The translations under genes were made by a program, and so were the position numbers. From assembly GCF_900232105.1 (NCBI RefSeq), contig NZ_LT934425.1, forward strand, positions 3,900,001-3,932,000: a stretch of 32,000 nt of DNA, written 5' to 3'. The DNA comes from Candidatus Kuenenia stuttgartensis. Lineage in GTDB: Bacteria; Planctomycetota; Brocadiia; Brocadiales; Brocadiaceae. This document shows positions 23,354 through 32,000 of this stretch, piece by piece (positions within the stretch are counted from its first letter, which is position 1; the number at the start of each line of letters is the position of its first letter). The notes under the pieces are model-generated. The model saw nothing but the letters and a program-made list of their open reading frames with translations. It was not told the DNA's origin and ran no database searches.

Positions 23354-24085
23354 CTAACGAGCATTTTCACTATAGAGTATTGATCGCTCAAATTCCTTGT
23401 TTAGCACGTGTCCTACTATAATCATAGCTGTTTTTGTTATAGCCTCGTCTTTTACTAATTTATCAATGTGCGATAAGCATGAGCGAACGATTTTTTGTTG
23501 TGGCCAGGATGCCTTGTAGACAACTGCGATAGGACATTCATTTCCATAATGAGGAATGAGAATTTTTACAATCTCAGATAATTTTTCAATGCTAAGAAAA
23601 ATACACAGTGTAGGAGTAGAGGCCGCGAGTTTGCTGAGGTGTTCTTTTTCCGGCATGGGAGTGTTGCCTTCCATTCTTGTAATTACAATCGTTTGGGTAA
23701 CTCCTGGAAGCGTCAATTCCTGTTTTAATGCGGCAGAAGCGGCAACGAAAGAACTCACTCCCGGAATAATTTCATATAAAATCCCTAGTTCATCAAGCAC
23801 ACGCATTTGTTCCTGTATAGCGCCGTAAATAGCGGGGTCGCCGGAATGCAGACGAACGAGGTCTTTGTTTGCTATTTTTGCCTCTTTGAATACCTTTGTC
23901 ATATTTTCCAGATTCATTTTCGATGAATCGTATTTTTTTGCACCGGATGGCAGGGCGGAGAGCAATTCCTCGTTTACCAGTGATCCTGCGAAAATACAAT
24001 ATTCTGCGCATTTAAGCAGATTAAAACCTTTTACTGTTATAAGATCTTTGTCACCTGGTCCAGCGCCAACAAAATATACTTTCAT
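23354..24085 (-). CDS. cobM: Precorrin-4 / cobalt-precorrin-4 C11-methyltransferase
   Basis: 243 aa. VYFVGAGPGDKDLITVKG, RLHSGDPAIYGAIQEQ and IPGVSSFVAASAAL are motifs of the tetrapyrrole methylase CobM/CbiF family. Confidence 0.88.
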   Translation of the reverse strand: MKVYFVGAGPGDKDLITVKGFNLLKCAEYCIFAGSLVNEELLSALPSGAKKYDSSKMNLENMTKVFKEAKIANKDLVRLHSGDPAIYGAIQEQMRVLDELGILYEIIPGVSSFVAASAALKQELTLPGVTQTIVITRMEGNTPMPEKEHLSKLAASTPTLCIFLSIEKLSEIVKILIPHYGNECPIAVVYKASWPQQKIVRSCLSHIDKLVKDEAITKTAMIIVGHVLNKEFERSILYSENAR

Positions 24086-24138
24086 GAAAAAACTCCGTTT
24101 ATAATGGGGAGGGTTAAAGGTATATTAACGGTATTCTA

Positions 24139-24504
24139 TCAGTTTCCGTCTTTCCAATGAATTGAGTTTATGATAACTTTTTTTGATTCCTCGCCCACGA
24201 TCTTAAATTGGCTATCTTTTATTACATAGGTAGAGGCAGATTTACTGCTGTTTCTTACCGTAATAATCCAATACGCACCGTCTTTGCCAACGGATTCCAC
24301 TCTTCCGTTTTTTAAAGTGATAGTAACACTTAGCACCGCTTCGCCTTCGCTACCCGAGATTTGTCTTACATTGCTTATGGTAAAAACGCTGGGCAATCCT
24401 GCTTTTAACCGGATCTGCTGAGATCCTACATCGATAAATTGTCCATTTGCAATAACTGGCATAGTAAACAATAAAAATAGAAACAAAATAATTTTGCAAT
24501 TCAT
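24139..24504 (-). CDS. Small secreted protein of unknown function
   Basis: 121 aa. The N-terminal signal peptide is MNCKIILFLFLLFTMPVIANG. No family is recognised. Confidence 0.5.
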   Translation of the reverse strand: MNCKIILFLFLLFTMPVIANGQFIDVGSQQIRLKAGLPSVFTISNVRQISGSEGEAVLSVTITLKNGRVESVGKDGAYWIITVRNSSKSASTYVIKDSQFKIVGEESKKVIINSIHWKDGN

Positions 24505-24683
24505 TTCCTGCTCCTTTTCTCTCTTTTCCCGAATATTTTGTTGTTTATACGGATATGATTTATTATTAAATTTTCCCTGTTATACCCATTTTCCCGTAAA
24601 GATTTCAAATAAATCCTTATTTTAAGCACCTGCCTTCTTCATATTTCCATTCTTCGGCATGATTACTTTCGGTATATATACTT

Positions 24684-24735
24684 ACAAAAAAACGCATAAG
24701 CCAATTTATTAATTTTAAATCAGACTTATGCGTTT
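24684..24735 (-). terminator. Intrinsic-terminator-like hairpin downstream of the 24772-25179 gene
   Basis: On the minus strand, AAACGCATAAG...CTTATGCGTTT forms an 11-bp stem followed by TTTTTTTGT. The 24-nt loop is longer than is typical. Confidence 0.5.
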
Positions 24736-24771
24736 TATTTAACAGGAAAATGAAGTTGCAGGGGTTGTTTA

Positions 24772-25179
24772 CTATTTCTTTCCTGAAGATTCGATCTCTA
24801 TTTCGGCAAATTTCGCCCTTCCGCTTTTCAATTTTACGGTAGCTTTTGAATTTTTAAAATTTTTCTTTCCCGCCGTCAATTTATAAGTATCTTCTTTCAA
24901 ATTATCAAATTTAAATTTACCGTTGCTGTCTGTATTAACCTCATCCTTCATCCCTGTATTTTTCCCTTTCAGTTGTACCTGGGCAGCCTGCATGTATGAC
25001 ATATAACATGATTGAAAATATACTACCGTGCCATAAATAGACCCCTTTTTACTGCAAGCATTCTCAACGCTATTTGTGAGTCCTTTTTCTCCATCCGTGC
25101 CTGCCTTGAGGGATAACACAAGCGATATAATCAATACACCAACCATAGGTAAAATAAACAAAAATTTACGTTTTTTCAT
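24772..25179 (-). CDS. Secreted protein with a carboxypeptidase-regulatory-like (Ig-like beta-sandwich) domain
   Basis: 135 aa with a signal/TM segment FILPMVGVLIISLVLSL. GSIYGTVV...NGKFKFDNLKEDTYKLTAGKKNFKNSKATVKLKSG is typical of the CarboxypepD_reg pattern. Confidence 0.6.
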   Translation of the reverse strand: MKKRKFLFILPMVGVLIISLVLSLKAGTDGEKGLTNSVENACSKKGSIYGTVVYFQSCYMSYMQAAQVQLKGKNTGMKDEVNTDSNGKFKFDNLKEDTYKLTAGKKNFKNSKATVKLKSGRAKFAEIEIESSGKK

Positions 25180-25511
25180 AGAACTGTTCTCCTTTGCTTT
25201 ATGTTAAAAAGATTGAATGTACAAATGGTAGAATAATTATGTTTAATTCGAAGGCTAATTTGAATTATCGGGCTATCGTCGAAACACCTTAATAAAAATC
25301 CGGCTTATTATATAAACCCTAATAGATAAGTCAAGACAAAAAAAAAGAGGTTAAAAGCGTTTTACCTGTAATTACCATTTCGAGGAATGAAGTATCGTGA
25401 AATCTTTGTCCGGATCAGGCTACGAGGGGGGGATTCTCGTTCTACGCTGAATGAACGCCGTCTAAGTGGTGATTTCATGACTATTTGTGACCAAAGAAAC
25501 TATTGAATGCT

Positions 25512-27218
25512 TCATTCTTCTTCCGCTTTAAATGATTTCAGACTGTTGTAGATTCTCTCTTCAGTTTGAGCTTCCAGATCCATGTCTTTTTCTTTGTAAA
25601 GTAGCCATAAATTGTGGTGTGCGTCAATATCATCAGGGTCAATATCAATTGTTTTTGAAAATGCCGCAATTGCCTCATCGAGCCGCCCGAGTTTTTTATA
25701 GGTTTTCCCTAAATTGAAATAGGCATTCACGAAATCCGGGTCAATAATGACTGCTTGTTCCCAACAGGCAAGGGCAGAATTATACTTATTCTTTTTTGTA
25801 TATGCATTTCCTAATTTGTAATATACCAATGAATTAACCGGGTGGCCTTCTACAATTTTTTCCCATGTTTTTATCGCTTTGTCGATGCTGCCTTTGGCTT
25901 CGTAAGCGTCCGCAAGATTATTCAATGTAGTATAATCATCAGGATTTGTTTCAAGCACCTTTGACCACATGGAAATAGCATTATCAATTTTTCCTTGATT
26001 ATAAAGCGCAACGCCCAGATTAAAGTATGCGTCTGTGTTTGTTGGATTTATTTCTATAGTCTTTTTCCATGCACGGATAGATTTGTCTACATCACCAATT
26101 TCAGCGGCCAGTTCACCATAATTATAATACGCTTCTTCATACGAGGGGTCATCGGAAAAGGCGCTTTCATATGCGGATAAAGCTTTGTCAGGCATGTTAA
26201 TTTTTGTATAGATTTCTCCAAGTTTAAAATGTGCGGGGGCAATGGCATTGCTTATTGCTATTGCCTTTTCAAGCGATGCTATGGCTTCTTTTGAGTTGCC
26301 TTCTTTACTTAAAATTAATCCAAGGTTATAGTGTGCTTCGGCAAAATCCGCTCTTAGTTTCAGAGCGGTTTCAAAAGCATCTTTTGCCTCGTTTAAATTA
26401 TTATGTGCAAAGAGTGCAATACCCAGGTTGTTATAGGCGTCTGTGTAATTATTTTTTAATTTGACAGCAGTTTGGTGTGCAGAAATGGCCTTTTCAATTT
26501 CGTTCATCTCATAGTAAATAATACCTAAGTAATTGTGTGCTTCAGCATCCCTGGGATTCAAATCAAGTGTTTTTTGGAACTCTGTAAGCGCTTTTTCCGG
26601 CATGTTTTTTTTGTAAAATGCAAGTCCCATGCTAAAATGAAAATCAGGATTGTTTGAATCGAGCTTGATTGCTTTATTTAAATAGTCAAAGCTCTCATTG
26701 ATTTTGTTTGTTTCAAGGTATAAAAGTGCCATAGTGTAGTATGCTTCCGCCATAGAAGGATTTAATTTCAGGCACTCTTTTAAAGCGGAAAATGCCTCTG
26801 TATATTCATTTTTCTTTTTGTATAAAAGACCCAGGTCGTTGTATGCCTCAGCTTTTCCTTTAAAGTTATATTTGTCGTAGTAAGAGATGGCATTATTTAG
26901 TTCATTCATTGCTTTACTAAATTGATTAATTTCTAAGTAAGCCTTGCCTAAATAATGGTGCAATTCTCCATCTTGCCGGATACCCTGCAATGCAAAATTA
27001 AATTCGTCAATGGCTTCCTCGGTCATGCCTTTTTTGAAATAGGTAATACCTAAAGTTTTATGTTCCTTTGCTGACAATGCGCCGGTCAATTTGTCGGTTA
27101 TTGAACCGATATATCCGCCTTTTATGTTTTTTTTATCTTTAGTATCGTATGGAGAGCTGCATGCCATCGGGAAGAAAAGAAGAATGTAAGCTACCCAGAA
27201 ATATTTCTTAATGATCAT
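25512..27218 (-). CDS. Large tetratricopeptide-repeat (TPR) protein with an N-terminal signal or lipoprotein-like sequence
   Basis: 568 aa. More than ten consecutive ~34-aa repeats follow the A..Y.NLG..Y...g..deAi..fekAl.l.P pattern. The N-terminus is FWVAYILLFFPMACSS. Confidence 0.85.
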   Translation of the reverse strand: MIIKKYFWVAYILLFFPMACSSPYDTKDKKNIKGGYIGSITDKLTGALSAKEHKTLGITYFKKGMTEEAIDEFNFALQGIRQDGELHHYLGKAYLEINQFSKAMNELNNAISYYDKYNFKGKAEAYNDLGLLYKKKNEYTEAFSALKECLKLNPSMAEAYYTMALLYLETNKINESFDYLNKAIKLDSNNPDFHFSMGLAFYKKNMPEKALTEFQKTLDLNPRDAEAHNYLGIIYYEMNEIEKAISAHQTAVKLKNNYTDAYNNLGIALFAHNNLNEAKDAFETALKLRADFAEAHYNLGLILSKEGNSKEAIASLEKAIAISNAIAPAHFKLGEIYTKINMPDKALSAYESAFSDDPSYEEAYYNYGELAAEIGDVDKSIRAWKKTIEINPTNTDAYFNLGVALYNQGKIDNAISMWSKVLETNPDDYTTLNNLADAYEAKGSIDKAIKTWEKIVEGHPVNSLVYYKLGNAYTKKNKYNSALACWEQAVIIDPDFVNAYFNLGKTYKKLGRLDEAIAAFSKTIDIDPDDIDAHHNLWLLYKEKDMDLEAQTEERIYNSLKSFKAEEE

Positions 27219-27518
27219 TGGTTTTTAAGTAAAAAATAAAATTAAGCCTTCAGCGACTTTTTTGGATGAAATATTTCAACGCAGGGGCGATCCGGCAGGG
27301 ATTGAAGATCTTCAACCCCTCCTTTATCAGTTCCTTGCTCTAAATCTTACCAGTATTTACAAGGCATTCAAGGAAATTCATTTACTTTTTGCTTGTATCT
27401 GTTTTTGTTTCCTGTGACTTTCCGGATAAAATAAAAAGTAATGGTGGAATTGGAAACGGTAGTATAGTAAGATATTCTTACCATTTATCATATAATTTAC
27501 AATTGGAGATACGGAAAT

Positions 27519-27788
27519 ATGAAGGTGTTGACAATATCATCCAAAGGGCAAATTGCAATACCAAAGGAGATAAGGGATTTTTTGCATATCAAAGAGGGCG
27601 ACAGACTGGTTTATAAGATAGACAGGGGCAGGATTGTATTGGAGCCTGTAGTAAGCGTCCCACGTTCACAGTCGTACTTCTGGACACCCGAAGTACAGGA
27701 GAAGGTTAAAAATGCTGATGAGAATTTTAAGACGGGCAATTTCAAGACGTATAAGGTAGATAAATTTATAAAGGAATTAAAGGCGTGA
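27519..27788 (+). CDS. AbrB/MazE/SpoVT-family antitoxin
   Basis: 89 aa. KVLTISSKGQIAIPKEIRDFLHIKEGDRLVYKIDRGRIVLEP is a swapped-hairpin AbrB-like domain. Its stop overlaps the next start (GTGA at 27785-27788). Confidence 0.8.
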   Translation: MKVLTISSKGQIAIPKEIRDFLHIKEGDRLVYKIDRGRIVLEPVVSVPRSQSYFWTPEVQEKVKNADENFKTGNFKTYKVDKFIKELKA

Positions 27789-28048
27789 GCGGGTATCTTA
27801 TTGCCGTAGAACCCGAATTCTTCCCACAGTACGACAGTCTGCCTAAAGAGATAAAGAAGAAGTTTAAGAAACAATTAACCTGTCTGAAAGGCAATCCAAA
27901 GCACAATTCATTACAGATGCACAAACTTGAAGGTACGGACTTCTGGGAATTTTATGTTGATAAGGGCTATCGCTGTGTCTTTAAACTAGAGGGTAATGTT
28001 TTCAAGCTTTATTTTATAGGGACACATAAATTGATTGATAATTTTTAA
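27785..28048 (+). CDS. RelE/ParE-superfamily toxin
   Basis: 87 aa. LPKEIKKKFKKQLTCLKGNPKHNSLQMHKLEGTDFWEFYVDKGYRCVFKLEGNVFKLYFIGTH fits the RelE/YafQ-like pattern (...nP....l..hkL.G....w.f.v...yR..f.......l..iG.H). Confidence 0.75.
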   Translation: MSGYLIAVEPEFFPQYDSLPKEIKKKFKKQLTCLKGNPKHNSLQMHKLEGTDFWEFYVDKGYRCVFKLEGNVFKLYFIGTHKLIDNF

Positions 28049-28094
28049 TAATTAAAGTTTGTCTTTTATCCTATGTATAGTGTAAAAAACAAAA

Positions 28095-28114
28095 AACTAA
28101 AGTGTTACAAAAAC
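28095..28114 (+). repeat. Copy 4 of the dispersed motif (AACTAAAGTGTTACAAAAAC)
   Basis: Read directly from the sequence. It lies 39 nt upstream of the leuA ATG. Confidence 0.8.
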
Positions 28115-28153
28115 TTTGAAGGTCTCATTTAATTATATTGGCAAAAGGATGTT

Positions 28154-29659
28154 ATGGATAATATCATTATTTTTGATACAACTTTGCGTGATGGGGAACA
28201 GTCGCCAGGCGCCAGCCTTGATATTGGGGAAAAGCTACAGATAGCACGACAGTTGGCATTGTTAAATGTTGATGTAATTGAAGCGGGCTTTCCGATTGCG
28301 TCTCCGGGCGATTTTCAGTCCGTGAGCAATATAGCAAAGGAAATTCGCGGTGTTTCCATTGCTGCACTTGCCCGCGCAATGGAAAAGGATATAGACAGTG
28401 CGGCAAAGGCATTGGAAAAAGCGGAAAAGCCTCGGATTCATATTTTTCTCGCCACTTCCGAGATTCACAGAAAATACAAATTGCTTAAAGCAAAAGATGA
28501 AATAATTAATTTGGCAGTGAAGGCTGTTGCTTATGCCCGAAAATTTGTTGAGGATATAGAGTTTTCTTCGGAGGATGCTTCCCGCACGGAGATGGATTTT
28601 CTTGCCCAGGTCGTTGAGTCTGTTATTGCAGCAGGCGCCACAACCGTTAATATTCCCGATACTGTTGGTTATGCAGTGCCCGAACATTATGCGTCAATAA
28701 TTACCGGATTAAAAGAAAAGGTAAAGAATATCAGCAAAGCTGTTTTAAGCGTACATTGTCATAATGATCTTGGTTTGGCAGTGGCTAACTCATTGGCGGC
28801 GGTAAAAGCAGGCGCAAAACAAGTGGAATGCACCATGAATGGATTGGGGGAACGGGCGGGGAATGCCGCTTTGGAAGAGGTAGTTATGGCGATAAAAACA
28901 CGTCAGGATTACTATCGCTGTTCAACTCGCATCAAAACAAGGGAATTAACAAATTCAAGCCGGCTTGTGAGTGTGTTAACGGGGATGCGTGTTCAGAGGA
29001 ATAAGGCAATTGTAGGCGAAAATGCGTTTGCACATCAATCCGGCGTCCATCAGGATGGTGTGCTCAAGGAGAGAACCACATACGAAATTATGCATCCAGA
29101 AGACATTGGACTTCAGAAAACAAAAATCGTGTTAGGGAAATTATCAGGCAGGCACGCTTTTAAAGAAAGAATTAAGGAGTTAGGGTATGATTTGACGGAG
29201 ATTGAATTTGAAAAGGCTTTTGAAGAATTCAAACGGCTTGCTGACAAGAAGAAGGAGATATTTGATGAAGAAATAGAAGCTATTATCGATACGGAAAAGA
29301 TGGAAATTCCTCACATTTTCCAGTTAGAAAGTTTAAGCATTAGCTGCGGGCCAAATGTTGTGCCAACTGCAGGCGTTCGGATCAGATTGAGTGATGGAAG
29401 TGTTGCTGATAATGCGACAATAGGCGACGGCCCCATAGACGCGCTTTTTAAGGCTATCGATCTTGCTACCGGAATTTCAGGTAAGTTACTTGATTATCAT
29501 ATTCAGGCTATTACCAGTGGAAAGGACGCCATGGGCGAGGTTTACGTAAATGTTGATATACACGGGAAGAATGTGAAAGGCCGTGCGGTAAGTACTGACA
29601 TCATTGAGGCGAGTGCAAAAGCCTATTTAAATGCATTAAATAAAGTGGCTGCAAAATAA
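28154..29659 (+). CDS. leuA: 2-isopropylmalate synthase (LeuA/CimA family; LeuA most likely)
   Basis: 501 aa. [37 protein letters not shown] and [10 protein letters not shown] are present, with a C-terminal LeuA-dimer regulatory domain. Confidence 0.88.
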   Translation: MDNIIIFDTTLRDGEQSPGASLDIGEKLQIARQLALLNVDVIEAGFPIASPGDFQSVSNIAKEIRGVSIAALARAMEKDIDSAAKALEKAEKPRIHIFLATSEIHRKYKLLKAKDEIINLAVKAVAYARKFVEDIEFSSEDASRTEMDFLAQVVESVIAAGATTVNIPDTVGYAVPEHYASIITGLKEKVKNISKAVLSVHCHNDLGLAVANSLAAVKAGAKQVECTMNGLGERAGNAALEEVVMAIKTRQDYYRCSTRIKTRELTNSSRLVSVLTGMRVQRNKAIVGENAFAHQSGVHQDGVLKERTTYEIMHPEDIGLQKTKIVLGKLSGRHAFKERIKELGYDLTEIEFEKAFEEFKRLADKKKEIFDEEIEAIIDTEKMEIPHIFQLESLSISCGPNVVPTAGVRIRLSDGSVADNATIGDGPIDALFKAIDLATGISGKLLDYHIQAITSGKDAMGEVYVNVDIHGKNVKGRAVSTDIIEASAKAYLNALNKVAAK

Positions 29660-29663
29660 ACCC

Positions 29664-31148
29664 ATGATCTGTGTACCAATAGTTGCAAATAATAATAACG
29701 ATGCCATTCACGACATGGAATGTGCATCAAAAATTGCCGATGCTGTCGAGTTGCGTATTGATTACATTCATGATTTGAATTTACGGCAGATACTGGGAAA
29801 ATGTACGAAGCCTGTTATCGTCACAAACCGTCCGGTTCGGGAAGGGGGAAAGTTCAGAGGAACTGAAGAAGAAAGACTACAATTGCTGAAACAGGCAATA
29901 CAACTGCAAGCCGATTATGTAGATATAGAACATGACAGCATCCGGAACGTTAAAAAAAACGGAAATGCCCTGTTTGCCGCCAGCAAAACTAAAATAATTG
30001 TCTCTTATCATAATTTCAGGGAAACTCCTGAAAATCTTTCGGAAATATACAATACATTATTTCAGAGTGGTGCTGATATTGTAAAGATTGTTACTCATGC
30101 GAATTCGATAACCGATAATATTAAAATATACCAGCTTCTTCAGCAGTCAAAAATACCCATAATTTCATTTTGTATGGGCGAATACGGAATAATCAGTCGT
30201 ATATTATATAAAATATTTGGCAGTTATTTGACTTTTGCATCACTTCAGAAAGGAAAAGAATCCGCCCCCGGCCAAATCAATATCGAAGAACTTTTAAATA
30301 GGTATAATATTAAAAACCAAAACAAGCATACCGCAGTGTATGGTTTAATTGGCAATCCTGTTTCTCACAGTATTAGTCCAGTGATTCATAATGCACTTTT
30401 TAAAGAAATAGGCATGAATTGTGTTTATGTTCCTTTTAAAGTGGATGAAATTGGCAGATTTATTTCTGAATTTAAAAAATTAAATATTTCAGGGTACAGC
30501 GTTACTATTCCTCATAAAGAATCGATAATAAATTATCTTGATGACGCGGATCCGATTGCCAAAAAAATTGGTGCGGTAAATACTGTGGTAAACAAAAATA
30601 ACCGTTTGATAGGTTTTAATACTGATTTGGAAGCTGCCGTTACCGTGCTCGCAGAGGTTGCGAATGTATCTGGCCATACTGCAGCGGATGCTTGCTTTAA
30701 AAACAAGCATGTTACTATTATTGGAGCAGGGGGTGTTGCACGTGCGATTGCCTTTGGGTTAAAAATGTATGGCGCCGATATTACACTCGTTAGTAGAAAT
30801 CACAATCGTATGCAATCACTTGCCGGCGAAGTTGGTTGTTCCTTTACCAATAAGAATGGTTTGCAAAATTTGGAAACGGACATATTCGTTAATGCAACAC
30901 CGGTGGGTATGTATCCCTCAATAAATGAGACGCCCGTTGATAGAAAACTTTTGAAGCCGAATATGATTGTTTTTGACACTATTTATAATCCTCCCGAAAC
31001 GAAATTAATAAAAGATGCAAAGGAAATAGGCTGTAAAACGGTGGGGGGGATGCCTATGTTTATTCGCCAGGCAGCAGCGCAGTTTAGATTGTGGACGGAT
31101 ACAGAACCACCTCTGAATATAATAGAAAATATTGCATACAATGCCTAG
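29664..31148 (+). CDS. aroDE: Bifunctional type I 3-dehydroquinate dehydratase / shikimate 5-dehydrogenase (AroD-AroE fusion)
   Basis: 494 aa. The N-terminal ~215 aa are type-I DHQase-like (ICVPIV...VELRIDY...IVSYHNF...DIVKIV). The C-terminal part is AroE (YGLIGNPVSHSISPVIHN, SVTIPHK, GAVNTVV, IIGAGGVARA). It starts 4 nt after the end of leuA. Confidence 0.9.
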   Translation: MICVPIVANNNNDAIHDMECASKIADAVELRIDYIHDLNLRQILGKCTKPVIVTNRPVREGGKFRGTEEERLQLLKQAIQLQADYVDIEHDSIRNVKKNGNALFAASKTKIIVSYHNFRETPENLSEIYNTLFQSGADIVKIVTHANSITDNIKIYQLLQQSKIPIISFCMGEYGIISRILYKIFGSYLTFASLQKGKESAPGQINIEELLNRYNIKNQNKHTAVYGLIGNPVSHSISPVIHNALFKEIGMNCVYVPFKVDEIGRFISEFKKLNISGYSVTIPHKESIINYLDDADPIAKKIGAVNTVVNKNNRLIGFNTDLEAAVTVLAEVANVSGHTAADACFKNKHVTIIGAGGVARAIAFGLKMYGADITLVSRNHNRMQSLAGEVGCSFTNKNGLQNLETDIFVNATPVGMYPSINETPVDRKLLKPNMIVFDTIYNPPETKLIKDAKEIGCKTVGGMPMFIRQAAAQFRLWTDTEPPLNIIENIAYNA

Positions 31149-31246
31149 CAAATACGTTTTGATGTCGGGTTTTCTCATACTGAAGTAAGGGATATGGACG
31201 TTCGTTTAATGTTCATTGATAATAAACGTATTAATGAGGATCAGGA

Positions 31247-31810
31247 TTGAACATTTTTTTAATTGGTTTTCGAGGCACCGGAAAAACTTCTGTAGGCAAA
31301 ATACTCGCTCAACGATTAAATAGGAAATATATTGATGCGGATGAGTATTTGGAGCAAAAAGAAGGAAAAACCATAAAAGACATATTTGAAGAATGCGACG
31401 AAGGGAAATTCCGGGAAATAGAATCGGACGTAATTGCTGAGTTGTGTTTGCAAAATAACACGGTTATTGCTACCGGCGGGGGAGTGGTTATTAAAGAGGA
31501 AAATGTAAAGAGGATGAAAAAGTGCGGTGTTGCCATTCTTCTGGAAGCGGATGCTGATACTCTGTATAAACGAATAAAAGGAGACATTACCTCAACTACT
31601 AAAAGGCCTGGCCTGACAAATTATGGGGAATATCAGGAAATCCGGTATCTTTTGGGAAAAAGAAAACCATTATATGATAAGACGGCTGATTTTGTTGTAA
31701 ACACCGGAAAGATGTCAATAGATGAAGCGGCAGGTAAAATAGCGTCTTTTATAGAAAATTATGTGATGGATTTTGATAAAGGGCAAGATCCTTCTCTGAC
31801 AATGCAATAA
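31247..31810 (+). CDS. aroK: Shikimate kinase
   Basis: 187 aa. The P-loop is IFLIGFRGTGKTSVGKILA, followed by DADEYLE and IATGGG. The start appears to be TTG at 31247, with GAGGA 7 nt upstream. Confidence 0.88.
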   Translation: MNIFLIGFRGTGKTSVGKILAQRLNRKYIDADEYLEQKEGKTIKDIFEECDEGKFREIESDVIAELCLQNNTVIATGGGVVIKEENVKRMKKCGVAILLEADADTLYKRIKGDITSTTKRPGLTNYGEYQEIRYLLGKRKPLYDKTADFVVNTGKMSIDEAAGKIASFIENYVMDFDKGQDPSLTMQ

Positions 31811-31899
31811 ATTGAAATTCATTGCAGGCACTGGTTCTCTAACACCTTTCCCGATGATTTGATATTAAAATGTACCGTATAAATTTTGTTTAATAGGAA

Positions 31900-32000
31900 T
31901 TATGACCTGGTGCTGTTTATTTCCTTAACTAATTTTCTGATTAATTTTTCATAAGATTTAACAACGTTTTCTTTCGCATTTGTATCAATGCGTTTTAATG
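31900..32000 (-). CDS. C-terminal 33 codons of an unidentified minus-strand gene entering from the right edge
   Basis: Own translation of the reverse strand gives ...LKRIDTNAKENVVKSYEKLIRKLVKEINSTRS*, with the stop at 31900-31902. It is too short to identify. Confidence 0.3.
   Translation of the reverse strand, partial: LKRIDTNAKENVVKSYEKLIRKLVKEINSTRS

Noticed and set aside
25532-26464. Plus-strand ORFs antisense to the TPR gene (25532-25717, 25995-26180, 26231-26464)
   Set aside because: They lie inside a gene with unmistakable TPR periodicity on the other strand. They are short and lack RBSs.
28104-28145. Reading the dispersed motif as a sigma-70 promoter (-35 TTACAA) for leuA
   Set aside because: Sensible -10 hexamers at 17±1 nt spacing are not shared among the four copies, and only copy 4 has even a weak candidate. 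I therefore report the motif without a promoter call.
28167-28687. Minus-strand ORFs antisense to leuA (28167-28412, 28262-28687)
   Set aside because: They overlap the most conserved N-terminal catalytic region of LeuA and have no supporting signals.
1-32000. CRISPR arrays, tRNA, rRNA, tmRNA, RNase P and SRP RNA genes
   Set aside because: I scanned intergenic regions by eye. I found no regularly spaced direct repeats, no GGTTCGAATCC-type T-arm motifs and no recognisable conserved ncRNA cores. A tRNAscan/Infernal run would be needed to be certain.

Overview
This is a bacterial chromosomal window with an AT-rich backbone; one backbone 60-nt line (8281-8340) counted 18/60 G+C. It carries ordinary housekeeping genes. 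On the plus strand: a GNAT/C39-peptidase fusion plus a RimK-family ATP-grasp ligase, a ccsA/hemX-like gene plus hemA, rlmH, and leuA, fused aroD-aroE and aroK. On the minus strand: a co-directional Fe-S/sulfur cluster (DUF1858-like, NifU-like, ATC-hydrolase-like, ThiF/MoeB-type E1, class-V cysteine desulfurase, SDR), queC-queE, cobM/cbiF, two small secreted proteins and a large TPR protein. GC-richer mobile DNA interrupts this backbone; line 4381-4440 counted 33/60 G+C. The left 6 kb is a pile-up of mobile elements. It holds the 5' part of an IS66-family transposase preceded by a DUF4338 (DruA-type) gene, a heavily decayed IS1380-like transposase, and a group II intron maturase fragment. It also holds a four-gene Mu/Tn552/Tn5053-like transposition module. 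That module's DDE transposase carries a frameshift and an in-frame amber codon, while its AAA+ ATPase and two zinc-finger genes look intact. A second, intact IS1380-family element (1715 bp, perfect 16-bp terminal inverted repeats) sits between queE and rlmH. Two toxin-antitoxin-like pairs are present: AbrB/RelE, and a small protein plus a minimal nucleotidyltransferase. Several dispersed intergenic repeat families are present, including a ~18-24 nt motif found four times in one orientation. I found no rRNA, tRNA or CRISPR array. No single clearly novel system stands out. The best candidates for follow-up are the DUF4338-IS66 pairing, the zinc-finger-flanked transposition module, the GNAT-C39/RimK pair, and the ATC-hydrolase-like/ThiF/desulfurase cluster, which has no visible ubiquitin-like sulfur carrier. 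The organism cannot be assigned from the sequence alone. The repeat content and gene mix remind me of Planctomycetota (anammox-type) genomes, but that is a guess.
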